The position numbers and the translations under genes are program-made. The notes under the pieces were generated by a model. That model was not told the DNA's origin and made no database searches. It saw only the letters and a list, made by a program, of their open reading frames with translations. A stretch of DNA of 63,681 bases, counting the filler. It is 8 parts of 8 records of this genome, joined end to end, with 100 filler letters (N's around TTAATTAATTAA, not from the genome) between each part and the next. Parts side by side here need not be neighbours in the genome. Positions count along the whole stretch, not along the records: positions 5,358 to 16,341 come from SRR31147125_53632; positions 16,442 to 23,556 come from SRR31147125_53662; 6 more parts are not named here. One strand, written 5' to 3'. Below, piece by piece: positions 10,470-22,426 of this stretch; within the stretch, counting starts at the first letter, position 1, and each line of letters begins with the position of its first letter.

Positions 10470-11825
10470 TTAATGAACCCCGTACACAAGATTGGGCAGC
10501 CACGTCGTAATGAATGGGAAATTGTAGAGAATCACCATCGCAATCAGGACCAGTCCCAGAAACGGCAACGACCCCTTGAAGATCGTTGTCAGCTGTATAT
10601 GGGGTGGAGCAATACCCTTCAAATAATAGCACGACATGGCCATTGGCGGGGTCAGAAAAGACGTCTGCAGGTTAAAAGCAACCAGGATTCCGAAAAACAG
10701 CGGATCAATGCCAAACGCGTCGAGCAGCGGCAGGAAAATCGGCACAAATATGATGATAATCTCACTCCACTCCAGCGGCCACCCGAGCAGGAAGATGATA
10801 ACCTGAGCCAGCACGAGAAACGCAACCGGGGGTAAATTCAGGCCCATCACAAACTCTTCGATAACGTGGTGACCACCAAGATAGGAGAATACCGAGGAGA
10901 ACGTCCATGAACCGACAAACAGCCAGCAGACCATAGCCGCGGTTCGTGTTGTTAAATAGACAGAGTCTCTGAGCCGTAACCAGGTAAGTTCCCTGTAACC
11001 CGCAGCCAGGATGATACTGCCAAAGGCACCGACTGCCGCAGCTTCAGAAGGAGTGGCAAGGCCGAACAGGATCGATCCCAGTACCGACAAAATCAGAATG
11101 GTCAGGGGAAAGACCGATGTCAGGAGCATCTTGAACAATTCCTTATTCGGTATATCCGTCTGCTCTTTAGGCGGTTTCGGGGCAAGTTTGGGATTAAACC
11201 AGCACCGACCGACAACGTAACAGATATAGAGACCGGCCAGCATAAAACCGGGAATCAATGCCCCTGCATACAACCGCACCACCGATACCCCTGAAATAGC
11301 GCCGTAGACAATAAGCATGATCGATGGCGGAATGAGTATACCGAGACAGCCACCCGCACATACAACACCGGCAGAAAGTTTTTCGTCGTAACCTGCTTTG
11401 AGCAGTGCCGGAAAAGCAAGCAGCCCCATCAGGGTTACCACCGCCCCGACAATACCTACTGCCGTTGCGAAAATCGCACAAGTCATCAAAGCCGCAACAG
11501 CCATGGCACCGGGTATAAACCGGGCAGCGATATTGAGGCTGTAAAACAGGCGCTCGACGATATTTGCCCGCTCAACGATATACCCCATAAAAAGGAAAAG
11601 CGGGACCGCAACCAGGACATCGTTGATCATGACCGAATAGGTCTGGTTAACAATCAGATCGAAGATTACGTTCTGCAGGGGATGAGCCATCCAATCGGGC
11701 GTTGCATAGGCATAGTAGCCAAAGCCAAATCCCATGGCTATCAGCGTGAAGCATATCGGAAAGCCCAGAAGAATCGAGGCGACGAAGGACCCCATCATTA
11801 ACATTGCAACTTGCGGATCTGTCAT
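10470..11825 (-). CDS. dctM: TRAP transporter large permease
   Basis: AVPLFLFMG, LGILIPPSI, ATPSEAAA, SFLTPP. Confidence 0.92.
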   Translation of the reverse strand: MTDPQVAMLMMGSFVASILLGFPICFTLIAMGFGFGYYAYATPDWMAHPLQNVIFDLIVNQTYSVMINDVLVAVPLFLFMGYIVERANIVERLFYSLNIAARFIPGAMAVAALMTCAIFATAVGIVGAVVTLMGLLAFPALLKAGYDEKLSAGVVCAGGCLGILIPPSIMLIVYGAISGVSVVRLYAGALIPGFMLAGLYICYVVGRCWFNPKLAPKPPKEQTDIPNKELFKMLLTSVFPLTILILSVLGSILFGLATPSEAAAVGAFGSIILAAGYRELTWLRLRDSVYLTTRTAAMVCWLFVGSWTFSSVFSYLGGHHVIEEFVMGLNLPPVAFLVLAQVIIFLLGWPLEWSEIIIIFVPIFLPLLDAFGIDPLFFGILVAFNLQTSFLTPPMAMSCYYLKGIAPPHIQLTTIFKGSLPFLGLVLIAMVILYNFPFITTWLPNLVYGVH

Positions 11826-12466
11826 TTTACGGCCTCCTCTTGCTGGGCCGCATCCTGGGCCGCTCGTTCTGCTTCTTCTTTCTGATGCTGTTTAATCAGC
11901 ATTTCCTCCATTTCCTCGACATCGTGCAGCCGTGCCGGCCATTCACCTCTTTTCAGGCACTGGATACAGCGAATGGTCTCGGCAATCCCCTGGAGCAGAA
12001 GCACCGCAGAGGCTACAGGCAGAATCGTTTTAAGCGGAGATACCGGCACTCCAACCGGACTGTTGATGCTGATTTCCCCGCGAGGTCCGGTAAATCCATA
12101 GGGCATATAGCTCCATGATTCCCCCGCATAAATAATTCCCGCGTAGACCAGCGCCAGTACCCCGGGATAAAAAAAGACGAAATAAAGGACCAGTTCGATT
12201 CCCGCCTGTAGACGAGGCGGCCAGAGCCGATAAACAAAGTCACCGCGCACATGAGAATTTCGTGACAAGGCGTATCCACCCGCCATCATGAACAGGGTAC
12301 CGTACATGATGTAGCTGATATCGAAGGCCCACGAAGTGGGTGCGTGCAGCACATAGCGGACAAACACCTCGTAGGTTGTGGCAAAAGTCAGGATAAGGAT
12401 ACACCAGGCAAAAGATTTCCCCACCCAGGCTGTGAACCGGTCAATAAAATTTAGAAATTGATTCAT
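11822..12466 (-). CDS. dctQ: TRAP transporter small permease
   Basis: YEVFVRYV..APTSWA, HVRGD; lies between dctP and dctM. Confidence 0.88.
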   Translation of the reverse strand: MNQFLNFIDRFTAWVGKSFAWCILILTFATTYEVFVRYVLHAPTSWAFDISYIMYGTLFMMAGGYALSRNSHVRGDFVYRLWPPRLQAGIELVLYFVFFYPGVLALVYAGIIYAGESWSYMPYGFTGPRGEISINSPVGVPVSPLKTILPVASAVLLLQGIAETIRCIQCLKRGEWPARLHDVEEMEEMLIKQHQKEEAERAAQDAAQQEEAVK

Positions 12467-12582
12467 GCTCGCGCCCTTAAATGGATTTCACACAAAAGAT
12501 CCGGAAGGATTGGTCCACGTCCCCTCCTCCCGGATCACGACGACAATTACATGGTTAACATGATTACTGCGTACCTACTGGA

Positions 12583-13749
12583 TTAGAATCCCAACTCATC
12601 CGGGAAGTAATGATCGTATGCGAGTTTGTAGTCTGCCGCATTCATCAATTCATAGTAGGCAACCCGATGGGCAAATTCCTTAAACGACTTGACGACCTTG
12701 GCAAAGAACGGGTCTTTTTCCAGGTTCGGCATAACCGCATCCCAGGCCTTGAGCTGATCTTCCATGACCGACTTGGGCGTCCTGTAGACATTGACGCCAG
12801 CTTCGTTCTTGAGCCACTGGAGATCCTTAGAGTAGCGGTCCTGACCTTTCCAGTAGTTATCTGAAGAGGCTGCTTCAGCGGCATATTTGAGGATCGCTTT
12901 CTGCTCATCGGCCAGTGTGTTGTACTTGGTCTTGTTGAAGATGACCTCAAAGAACTCCGATGCCTGGTGATAACTGCCGAGCATATACACCTTACTGACA
13001 TCCTGGGCTCCAAAGCTCTTGTCAGAAGTCGGGTTGTTGAACTCGAACGCCTCAATAACGCCGCGCTCAAGTGCCGGAACAATCTCGCCACCCGGCAACT
13101 GGGTTACCTTGACCCCCATCTCCTGCATAATGTCTGCAGCCAGGCCTACGGTGCGGTATTTAAGGCCCTTCATATCCTCTGATTTTTCTATCGGATTCTT
13201 GAACCAGCCGAGCGGCTGGGTAGGCATCGGCATGCAGAAAAATCCGACGATATCGAGACCAAGCGCTTCCAGCAGTTCCTGATACAATTCCAGGCCGCCT
13301 CCGTAATACATCCAGGCAAGACCCTGGTGGGCGTTCTGACCGAAAACCGGGCCGGTGCCAAAGAGGGAGGCAACCTTGCTCTTGCCATACCAGTAAACCG
13401 CTACCTGATGACCGGCATCAAGCACGCCTTTATTGACTGCATCCATCACCTGGAAAGACTTGACAACCGCGCCTGAAAGAAGATACTGGATCTTCATGCG
13501 GCCACCGGCCATTTCGTTGACGCGCTTCACATAGTCTTCGGCCATTTCATTGAAGATATCCTTGGCGCCCCAGGCTCCCTGCATTTTGATGATCGTCGTT
13601 TCAGCCTTTGAAACCATCGGAAAGCCCATGGTGGCGACGGTTGCAGCTCCCGCTGCCGCCGCCGCCGTCTTCAGGAACTTCCGGCGCCCGCCCTCGGGTT
13701 CTCGCTTGACGTTCTGCTTGACGTTCTGCTTGATTTCTTGCGTTTTCAT
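12583..13749 (-). CDS. dctP: TRAP substrate-binding protein, TakP-like, with Tat signal
   Basis: GRRKFLK twin-arginine signal, GWFKNPI, LPGGEIVPALERGVI. Confidence 0.88.
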   Translation of the reverse strand: MKTQEIKQNVKQNVKREPEGGRRKFLKTAAAAAGAATVATMGFPMVSKAETTIIKMQGAWGAKDIFNEMAEDYVKRVNEMAGGRMKIQYLLSGAVVKSFQVMDAVNKGVLDAGHQVAVYWYGKSKVASLFGTGPVFGQNAHQGLAWMYYGGGLELYQELLEALGLDIVGFFCMPMPTQPLGWFKNPIEKSEDMKGLKYRTVGLAADIMQEMGVKVTQLPGGEIVPALERGVIEAFEFNNPTSDKSFGAQDVSKVYMLGSYHQASEFFEVIFNKTKYNTLADEQKAILKYAAEAASSDNYWKGQDRYSKDLQWLKNEAGVNVYRTPKSVMEDQLKAWDAVMPNLEKDPFFAKVVKSFKEFAHRVAYYELMNAADYKLAYDHYFPDELGF

Positions 13750-14579
13750 CTACGGTACCTCCTCACCTAGTTGAAATAGAATCAGTGAACGGCGGCAACG
13801 CCATGCTGCCGCTTCCCTGTGCAAACTGAAGCTTCCAGACTGCCTGTTGCACACACCTCCAATCAACAACCAAAGTGCTGCTAGCGTACTGCTTGTAAAC
13901 CGAAGCTGAAAAGAGTTGCTCTTAAAGCCGAATCCGCCCCCTTCAGCCGAGTGCTCCGTTTCGGACGCCGAAGAAGAACAGTGTCAAACCACCGATTCAT
14001 CCTCACTGAAAAAACCGGCCAAGCATATGATAAATATGAAAAAATAATCGAACAACAGAAGGTACTAATGCCTGGATAGACAAGCGCCCCGTGCAGCTGA
14101 GACGATCAGCCGGAATGGAGAACAAATGAAATAGACCGAAAAGTAGTACCATAAGCATTCCAGATCGCTACTCTTTGAGGAGTAAGTGAAGTTACGCTTC
14201 AGGCTCGTGCTTTTCTAAAATATGTAAAAACGTGCGGAAATATCACTATCAACTAATAAAATATACCCTTTATCTGAGAAATTTCTATTTTTTTCCTGAT
14301 TCAACAGAAAAAACATCGATTGGCTCCGGTAGATGCAGCTATTTGATATTGTGGTAAAAGTTGTTTCCCAGCAACCTGTCAAACGGATGGATTCGACAGA
14401 TCATTATGTGCACCCGCAGGAGGAAAAAGCCTGCGTCCGGGGGGGACTATTTAGACGATTTAAAAAAATACCATATGTTACTATGATAGAGGGTTAAAAC
14501 TGGCTACACATACCTGAACAGCCAACCCCCGATGTGCAGTCCGGCTGCCGTCCGATCGCTGGTGAGAGTGTGGCAGGTT

Positions 14580-15497
14580 TCAGACCAGCAGGTGCGACTT
14601 CAAAACTTTTCTGATCAACGGTGCCACCGAATAGACATCGAGCAACTCATCGTCTGCAACTTCAGGATAGGTATCCGAGCCGATAATCTTGACAATCTCG
14701 CTCTGCCTGAACTGTTCACGGGCATCACCGGACAGCACCAGGTGGGTAGCCAGCACGTAGACCTCTTTTGCCCCGGCATCCAGACAACGGTTGGCGGTCT
14801 GAATGATAGACCCGCCGGTTCGTATCATGTCATCGCAGACGATAGCACTGCGGCCTTTCACCACGGATGAGACCTGTCCCACGATCGTTTTATCGGTATC
14901 GAAGCGATCCTTATCGGCTGCGGTATGCGAACATTCAAGCAGGCTCGCGAGTCGCGCGACCCGTTTCGAGAAACCGTAATCGGGAGAAACCAGTACGAAA
15001 TCATCGAGGCCGAGTTTTCTGATCTTCTTGACTACCAGCCGGTCGGTCCAGATGTGTTTGGTGCGGATTTCCCCGGTGTGCGCATGCAGCACCGCTTCGG
15101 AATGAAGGTCGATGAACGCGACGAAGGTGGGCCTGGCCCGGTAAATCTGGCGGGTACGGGTAATTCCCTTGGGAATCTCGCGGCTGTCCGGTTTCGCCCG
15201 CTCCATAGTTGAATACCCGAGAAAGGGGACCACCACACTGATGGATGCGGCGTTCCAGTAGCGTCCGCCCTGGATCAGGTCAAGAAGTTCCTGGTGGGCG
15301 GCATCATCATGGGTGGTACCGATGATGATCAAGTCCCGTTCATCGATTTCGGTAGGAAAGGCATGATACCGCTCCCCATCCGAAAATCGCTTGCGGATCA
15401 TCTCCGTGAAGTCTATACCAAGTTGATCCGCCACCTTCCGTGCCAGCGGTGTGGAGGCCTCGTTGGCTACCAGCACCAGCCTTTCAGATTTCCTCAT
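14580..15497 (-). CDS. prs: Ribose-phosphate pyrophosphokinase
   Basis: FSDGE, DLHS, VSPDYG, VCDDMIRTGGS PRPP loop, ATHLV. Confidence 0.88.
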   Translation of the reverse strand: MRKSERLVLVANEASTPLARKVADQLGIDFTEMIRKRFSDGERYHAFPTEIDERDLIIIGTTHDDAAHQELLDLIQGGRYWNAASISVVVPFLGYSTMERAKPDSREIPKGITRTRQIYRARPTFVAFIDLHSEAVLHAHTGEIRTKHIWTDRLVVKKIRKLGLDDFVLVSPDYGFSKRVARLASLLECSHTAADKDRFDTDKTIVGQVSSVVKGRSAIVCDDMIRTGGSIIQTANRCLDAGAKEVYVLATHLVLSGDAREQFRQSEIVKIIGSDTYPEVADDELLDVYSVAPLIRKVLKSHLLV

Positions 15498-15542
15498 GCT
15501 CCCTCCTGTCTCCACAGCGAACTTCGCTCGAGCGTCCGCACG

Positions 15543-16202
15543 TTACCTTTTGCCCTGAAAAACGAGCAGATTCCGCCGAGCCCCCGAACGTGGAAGCCGA
15601 TAGCCATGAACCGCTTTCAACCCCCAACCGTTTGCCGCCTCCAGACTCTCGTCGAACTCTTCGCGCCAGCGAGGACCTTTCATGCACACAACCGAGGTCG
15701 ATGACCGCTTGAAGCGACCGCACATGACAAGAAATTCCGTAATATCGGCCACAGCCCGGCTGACAACCCAGACACACTCTTCTTCTCCGGGAATCTCGAT
15801 CCCATTTTCGAGCCTGGTCGTATGCACGTCTATACCTGAAAGACCGAGTGTCCGAATGACATGTTTGAGAAAGGAAACCCGTTTGAGGCGCGGCTCAACA
15901 AGCGTGACCGGCAGATCGTCCCGCACCGCCTTGCAGACCAGCCCCGGAAAACCGGCACCGCTCCCGATATCGAGCAACCGACCACCTCCCCCGACCACGG
16001 TGAGCAGAGCCGCCGAATCGATAAAATGATTTTCGACGACCTCTTCGTCACCAGCGTTTTTCGAAATCAGGTTTATCTTCTTTGACCAGCGCAACAGTTC
16101 CTGATAGTAACGATACAACTGCTCTGCCTGATCCGGACTTATCGATACGGAAAAAGAATCCGCTCCTGAACGAAGCAGCGTGTCGAAGCGATGTAAATCC
16201 AT
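15543..16202 (-). CDS. rsmG: 16S rRNA m7G527 methyltransferase
   Basis: NHFIDS, DIGSGAGFPG, SRAV, MKG. Confidence 0.92.
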   Translation of the reverse strand: MDLHRFDTLLRSGADSFSVSISPDQAEQLYRYYQELLRWSKKINLISKNAGDEEVVENHFIDSAALLTVVGGGGRLLDIGSGAGFPGLVCKAVRDDLPVTLVEPRLKRVSFLKHVIRTLGLSGIDVHTTRLENGIEIPGEEECVWVVSRAVADITEFLVMCGRFKRSSTSVVCMKGPRWREEFDESLEAANGWGLKAVHGYRLPRSGARRNLLVFQGKR

Positions 16203-16341
16203 TTGAGGGTATCGTTTTACCGGATTCCGCTATTCGTTTGAGAAGCGCTTGCCGACCGATGCTGCATGAGCGGTCAACCCCTCGAGACGAGCGAGCGCCT
16301 GGATATGCTGCGCATCTTCCTTCAGTCCATTTTCCGAATAG

Positions 16342-16441
16342 NNNNNNNNNNNNNNNNNNNNNNNNNNNNNNNNNNNNNNNNNNNNTTAATTAATTAANNN
16401 NNNNNNNNNNNNNNNNNNNNNNNNNNNNNNNNNNNNNNNNN
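16342..16441. other. Artificial contig spacer
   Basis: N-TTAATTAATTAA-N. Confidence 0.98.
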
Positions 16442-18043
16442 GTCGGACCAGGAGGCCTTTATCCTGGAGTCCAACCTTATTAAAGAACACACCCCAAGGT
16501 ACAACGTCCTTCTCAAGGATGGGAAAAACTATCCGTTGCTGCGCATCAATATGAACGAGGCCTATCCTGCCATCCAGCGGGTGAGAAGGATCCAGAAAGA
16601 CGGTGCCCTTTACTTTGGCCCTTATTCCTCATCCCGGAGCGTGAATCAGACCTTAAAGCAGATCCAGAGGCTGTTTCGGCTGCGAAAATGCAAGAACTCC
16701 CAGTTTAAAAATCGGTCCCGACCCTGCCTGAACTTCCAGATCAAGGCCTGCCTGGGGCTGTGCTGTAATGCGGTAGACCCGGAGATTTACAAGGGCCGGG
16801 TTCGGGACGCCGTCCTGTTCCTGCGGGGGCGCTCTTGTGAGGTGGTGAACAAGCTCAAAGAGGAAATGGCGGAGCACGCCGGGGCCCAGGCCTTTGAAAA
16901 GGCGGCCCAGGTTCGGGACACCATCTTCGCCATTGAACGGATCATGGAGCGGCAGGTGGTGGTCTGTCCGGACCAGAAGGACAGGGACATTATCGGCCTG
17001 GCCTGGAAGCGGGGCAGGGCAGTGGTCACAGTGATGATGGTTCGTTCAGGCCGCCTGATCGATACGGCCCATTACCCTTTGGAGATGGGGTTTAAGGAGG
17101 CGGATGAGGTGCTGGCCGCCTTTGTGGACCAATACTATGAGAAGACCAGCCAGGTCCCGGAGGAGGTGCTCCCCGGCCGGCCTTTGGAAAACCAAGAGGA
17201 AACAGCAACTCGGCTTTCCCGCCTTAGGGGACGAAGGGTCAGGTTCACACCCCGCTGCGGGAGAAAAAACGGCTGACCCAGATGGCCGAGGTGAATGCGG
17301 TAAAGGAATTGGAAAAGCTCATGGCCCGGGAGGAGGAGGCACAGTCCTCTCTTATGATGTTGAAAACTCTTTTAGGCATGGACCACCTGCCCGAACGCAT
17401 CGAATGCTTTGACAACTCCAATATTCAAGGCCAGGATCCAGTGGCTGCCATGGTGGTTTTTACCGGGGGCCGGCCGGATAAGGCCGCCTATCGAAAGTAT
17501 ATCATAAAGGACATCTTGGAGCAGGACGACTATGCCTATATGACCCAGGTCCTTACCCGCAGGTTCAGTCGGTCTGAGGATGAGATCCCCCTGCCGGAGC
17601 TGCTGGTGGTGGACGGGGGCAAAGGACAGCTGGGCATGGCCGTGGCCGTGATCCGTGATCTGGGCTTGGAAGGCCGCCTTGTCCTGGCCGGTCTGGCCAA
17701 AAAGGACAAGGATCGCGGAGAGAAGTTTGATAAAATCTATCTGCCGGGCCGGTCCAATCCTTTGAACACTGCCCAGGCTGCCAAGGCCTTGTTCCTCTTG
17801 GAACAGGTCCGGGACGAGGCCCACCGCTTTGCCATTACCTTCCAGCGCAGCCGTCGTGAAAAGCGGGGCAAAACGTCCGCCCTTGATGCCATCCCCGGCA
17901 TTGGGCCACAGAAGAGAAAACTGCTTCTCAGAGCGTTTAAAAGTTTGAAAAATATTCGCAGCCAGACCCCTGAATCCCTGGCCCAGGTGACGGGTATTAC
18001 AAAATCTTTGGGGGAAAGGATTCTGGCGGAATTGGGGGAGTAA
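16442..18043 (+). CDS. uvrC: Excinuclease ABC subunit C (5' truncated; frameshift near 17250-17270)
   Basis: YFGPY, RPCLNFQI..C...C, FEKAAQVRD, RIECFDNS, VVDGGKGQL, RDEAHRFA, HhH GIGP; split over ORFs 16536-17276 and 17282-18043. Confidence 0.92.
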
Positions 18044-18053
18044 TCCATAGGGG

Positions 18054-19843
18054 TTATAACCGTGTCAGGGTAAACCCCATGCTTCTGTTATACTTGCCCT
18101 GGATTTTGACTAACATGTCCTTTTCAGTCTGGTTTTCCACGAACAAGTCGGGTTGATCTGGATTTTTTTGTCCGGGTCCGGGGTGATGATGGTCAGGGTG
18201 GATGCCCGGCGCATCCGTCCTTCAACGGTCAGGGACATATTGCCCATGTCATGCTCGGCTTGGGCGATGCGCTTGACCAGGGCCTGGTCCTTGATCTGGG
18301 CCGCCTCTTCAGACTCCGGCATTTTTTTCAGAAGATCCAGCTGTTTTCTGATTCGGTCCACTTCCTTTGTATTCATGGTCTCGGCAATGGTGTCCAGCTC
18401 CCGGTTTAATATTTTGTAATCCATGGTCTGGGTGGCTAAAAGAAAGGTCTTTAAATTTTCCCTGAGCAGGGGGTTGGTTTTGAGTATCCTGGACAGGGTT
18501 TTGATATTGTCCTGCAGGTCTTCCATAATGCCCTTTTCCCTTGCCTTTCTGGTCAGACCGTTTTCTTTTAGTCTTGCCCGGGCCTGGATCAGGGCATCCC
18601 GTTCTTGAAAAATACGCCGCCCAAAATAAAGGGTGTTGCTTCCGCTGATATAGATGTTTTTCAGTGTGATATGTTCGGCGTCTAATTGGGTACCGGAAAA
18701 AATACCTTTGAATTTGTCAAATTCAACGCCTCTGGCATCCATCCTGGAGTCCAGGGACTCATCCACGACGATGATATACCCGTTGAGGGAGGACAAACGG
18801 CTTCCCTTGCAGAAATGGATGGTGATATCCTTTTCTGCTTTGGCGCTGCTGCCGGGACTGGCGCTTTGAATCATTGCATGGCTTTCGGTTTCCACATGGC
18901 CGCCTTCCAGCTCCACAACTTCAACTGCCCCCTTGGCCCGGATTCGGAAGTCATTGCAGATGGTATCTATTTTCATACTGATGGGGCAGATGAACTGGGT
19001 GCCGATGTTGCCGACGGAGTAATCCAGGCGCTTGACGTCAAGGGCCTCTCTGATTTCGATCCTGGAGAGTTTCCCATGGGATTTTGTGAGCAGTACCGCC
19101 CCGGTTTTGGAGGCCCGGAGAAAGGTTCCCCTGAGTTGGTTGTCCTGGGTCATGCTTTCCACGACATCCACACCGCCATCCAGAGCAATGGTCAGGGGCT
19201 GGGCCTGGGGTACATGGATGATTCCGCCGTTGTATTGCATGCCGGGTCTACCCTGAACTTCAGGGCTGATAAAAAAGAGGTTGTCCCCGGCTTTGGCAAT
19301 GGGGTATTTATTAATTTCTCTGAAATCAATGGATCCATCGGATTTAACCGCTCCGGGGCAGCCTTCATAGTCGAAAAAGGCCTTTTCAACGGCCCCGTCT
19401 TTTGGCTGTACAGGGGCAACCCCTTTGATTTCTACGGCCAGCCGGTCCGGGGAGACGACGGCCCTGAGGGTGATGCCCAGGTGAGCGGTTTCAGGGGGGC
19501 CTTTATCAGCCAGGGAGAGCACCTGTTTTGATAATTTGAGTTCTTTATCCTGGGAGACTCTCTCCATGATCAGGCGTTGGATAAGGTTCTGGATTCGGGG
19601 GATTTTGATATTGAGCCGGGGGAATAGCTGGTTCAGGGCCAGGACAATGACCTTATCCCTGGCGGTTTTCCGGTCGATTTGGAATTGCAATGTCACCGGG
19701 TTGGCCTGCTTGGATATGGCATTGTACAAGTTGCTCTCCAGGATGTCAGCCCGGTCTTGGGTTTTATTTCTGGGGGAGGTGTCTCTTTGGCCATGGGTAT
19801 TCCCTGCTGCTTTATTAAGGCCACGCCAGCGATGCTGCAACAT
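18054..19843 (-). CDS. FapA/DUF342-like protein (frameshift in a T run near 18165; start uncertain)
   Basis: DGSIDFREIN, LDYSVGNI, beta-helix-like region and a coiled coil; another frame extends the C-terminus to TAA at 18054. Confidence 0.65.
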
Positions 19844-20019
19844 ATTGAAAAAGAAAGAGTTTTACCTTGTCATATTTTAACCTTACACTGGGACATGGGG
19901 CTAAGGCAAATCTTTTTACCCCCAACCGGGATATTTTCGCTTTACAGGGAAAGCGGGAACGTATAGTAGACACACATGTTTTACCATTGGACGGAGTCTG
20001 CAGCTCCGGGAGAGAAAAA

Positions 20020-21483
20020 ATGACAGATGCATTTGACGAAAAGATGGACGGGGAGTCCGGTGACCTGAGTTTTGAAGAGATGTTCGAAGCCTTTGATGCC
20101 AAAGCCTCCAAAGAACTTAAGCAGGGGGATATGGTAGAGGGTGAAATCATCACTATTGGGAAAAACGCGGTGTATATGGATACGGGCACCAAAAGCGACG
20201 GGGTGGTGGATAAGGCTGAGCTTCTGGATGAAGAGGGTCAATTCCCCTATCAGCCAGGCGACCGCCTGAAACTTTATGTGGTTTCCCTGAGTGAAAGTGA
20301 AGTGATCCTGTCCAAGGCCATCTCCGGTGCGGGCAAGGCCAATATGATAGAAGATGCCTGGCGGAGCAAAACACCGGTTGAGGGACGGGTTACCGAGTCC
20401 ATCAAGGGTGGCTTTTCCGTGGATATCCTCGGTAAAAGGGCCTTTTGTCCGGTCAGTCAGATGGATGTCCGGTACGTGGAGACTCCTGAAGACTACGTGG
20501 GACAGACCCATCACTTCCGGGTCACCCGGTTTGAGGAAAAGGGCCGTAATATTGTGGTGTCCCGCCGGGATCTGCTCAACGAGCAGATCAAGGAGGAGCG
20601 TGAGGCTTTTATGAAGGAGGTTGGTGAGGGGGATGTGGTCCAGGCCACTGTAACCAAGCTGATGTCCTTTGGTGCATTCATGGAATTGGCACCCGGGGTG
20701 GAAGGCATGGCCCATATTTCGGAGTTGAGCTGGTCCCGGGTTGAAAAGCCCGAGGAGATCGTCCATGTCGATGATATTCTGACCGTGAAGATTTTGAAAA
20801 TTGAAAATCGGGACAGCGGGAATCCAAAAATTTCCCTGTCGGTAAAACAGACGGCTGACAACCCCTGGGATAATATGGGGGCAGCCTTTAAACCCGGGGA
20901 TCAGATCGCAGGAAAAGTCGTCCGCTTGGCCAATTTCGGCGCCTTTGTGGAAATTGCTCCCGGGGTTGACGGCCTGGTGCACATCAGTGAGATGAGCCAT
21001 TTAAAGCGGGTGTTACGCCCCGAGGATGAAGTCAGTGTGGGAGAAACCGTTCAGGTGGTGATCAAGGCCATTGATTTGGACAGCAAGCGGGTCTCATTGA
21101 GCATGAAGGATGCGGCAGGAGATCCCTGGACTGGCGCCAGTGCCAAATATTCACCGGGCAGCTTGGTTCAGGGGGTGCTGGAGAAGAAAGAAGGGTTTGG
21201 CCTTTTTGTCTCTGTGGCCCCTGGGATTACCGGGCTGGTACCCATGTCCAGCATTCGGCAGTCTGACGGCGGGGGGAAACTTGAGTCCCTTAAGCCCGGG
21301 GATTCCCTTGAAGTCCTGGTCCAGGAGGTGGACGAGGAAAAACGGCGGATGACCCTGATACCCAAGGACCAAAAGGATCCGGACAATTGGAAAGAATTTA
21401 GCGGTGCCCAGAAGGCTTCATCCATGGGCACCATGGAAAGCCTGTTTCTGGAAGCCATGAAAAAGGCGGAAAAGAAAAAATAA
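20020..21483 (+). CDS. rpsA: 30S ribosomal protein S1-like protein
   Basis: Several S1 repeats (FGAFMELAPGVEGMAHISELSW; FGAFVEIAPGVDGLVHISEMS). Confidence 0.85.
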   Translation: MTDAFDEKMDGESGDLSFEEMFEAFDAKASKELKQGDMVEGEIITIGKNAVYMDTGTKSDGVVDKAELLDEEGQFPYQPGDRLKLYVVSLSESEVILSKAISGAGKANMIEDAWRSKTPVEGRVTESIKGGFSVDILGKRAFCPVSQMDVRYVETPEDYVGQTHHFRVTRFEEKGRNIVVSRRDLLNEQIKEEREAFMKEVGEGDVVQATVTKLMSFGAFMELAPGVEGMAHISELSWSRVEKPEEIVHVDDILTVKILKIENRDSGNPKISLSVKQTADNPWDNMGAAFKPGDQIAGKVVRLANFGAFVEIAPGVDGLVHISEMSHLKRVLRPEDEVSVGETVQVVIKAIDLDSKRVSLSMKDAAGDPWTGASAKYSPGSLVQGVLEKKEGFGLFVSVAPGITGLVPMSSIRQSDGGGKLESLKPGDSLEVLVQEVDEEKRRMTLIPKDQKDPDNWKEFSGAQKASSMGTMESLFLEAMKKAEKKK

Positions 21484-21521
21484 ACGGACAAGGGAAGGAT
21501 TGCTTCCGATCTGTTTTTAAG

Positions 21522-21556
21522 GCCCCTGTCTTTACCGGACAGGGGCTTTTATTTTG
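21522..21556. terminator. Intrinsic terminator downstream of rpsA
   Basis: GCCCCTGTC-loop-GACAGGGGC followed by TTTTATTTT. Confidence 0.7.
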
Positions 21557-22426
21557 GCCCAAGCCAGGCCGGTTTTTCCCATGAGGCGGTAAAGGGGGAG
21601 GATAAGCGGCAGAAGGCGAAGGGTCAAAGGGGTAAGGTAAATCATCTGGCTGAGTTCGGTGAACAAGTGGTTGAAATCTCGGACCTTAAGATAAATATCC
21701 GAACCGGTGCTGGGATATCCCCAGGCATGGGCAATGGGCTTTGCCGAGGCTTTTCCCCCCGTCAGGGTGACTGTGACCGAAAATGGGCCCTGGGGATTAT
21801 AGGGGCAGGGCGGTTCGCATGCCAGGGCTCGGACGGCAGCCTCGGCCATTTTTTTCGCCAGGCCTTTGGCTGGAATTTTCGGTCAGATTTTTCCGATTTA
21901 TCAATGGGAAATTCATGGACGCCAGGCAGGGTTTCCCGGACATGGGAACAGGCCACAGGACATCCGGAGAAAAAAAGAGGGGCAATGCCCATGGGGGCCA
22001 GAGCGGCTGAAAAAAGCTGGGCCTCGGAGATCTTTTGCCCGTTGATGCGAATGGCGGCGATCCGGGATGTCAGGGTATGGGCGAGAAATCCCTCTGTGCC
22101 TGAGGGGGCGTGCATGCCCACCATCATCAGGGCATCAAATTGTTCCGGGCGACCCAGTCCCGGAACCGGCCCGCTCCTGTATCCCTGGGTCAGGGTGGCG
22201 TGCTGGGGAATCAGGGCCGGGAAAATATTAAAACCAGTCGGTGGAAATCCTGGATGCAGATCCTTTTGGCCCCGGCCCGGTATAGGGCGTTGACAAGAGC
22301 CGCCAGATCCAGGCTCATGCCGTGACAGGCCATGGGCCACCCTTGACCGAGAAATTTTGCCGATTCCCGGGAATGGCATTGAGAACTGCCTTCAATATCA
22401 GCGATGATTAAAATATCTTTACCCAT
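21532..22426 (-). CDS. M55/DppA-family D-aminopeptidase-like protein, split by two frameshifts
   Basis: IIADIEG and DFH in ORF 22211-22426; VGMHA..G...FLAHT in ORF 21762-22379; C-terminus in ORF 21532-21849. Confidence 0.7.

Noticed and set aside
13706-13741. 12-bp tandem repeat at the start of dctP
   Set aside because: In-frame KQNV repeat in the signal n-region; no frameshifting potential.
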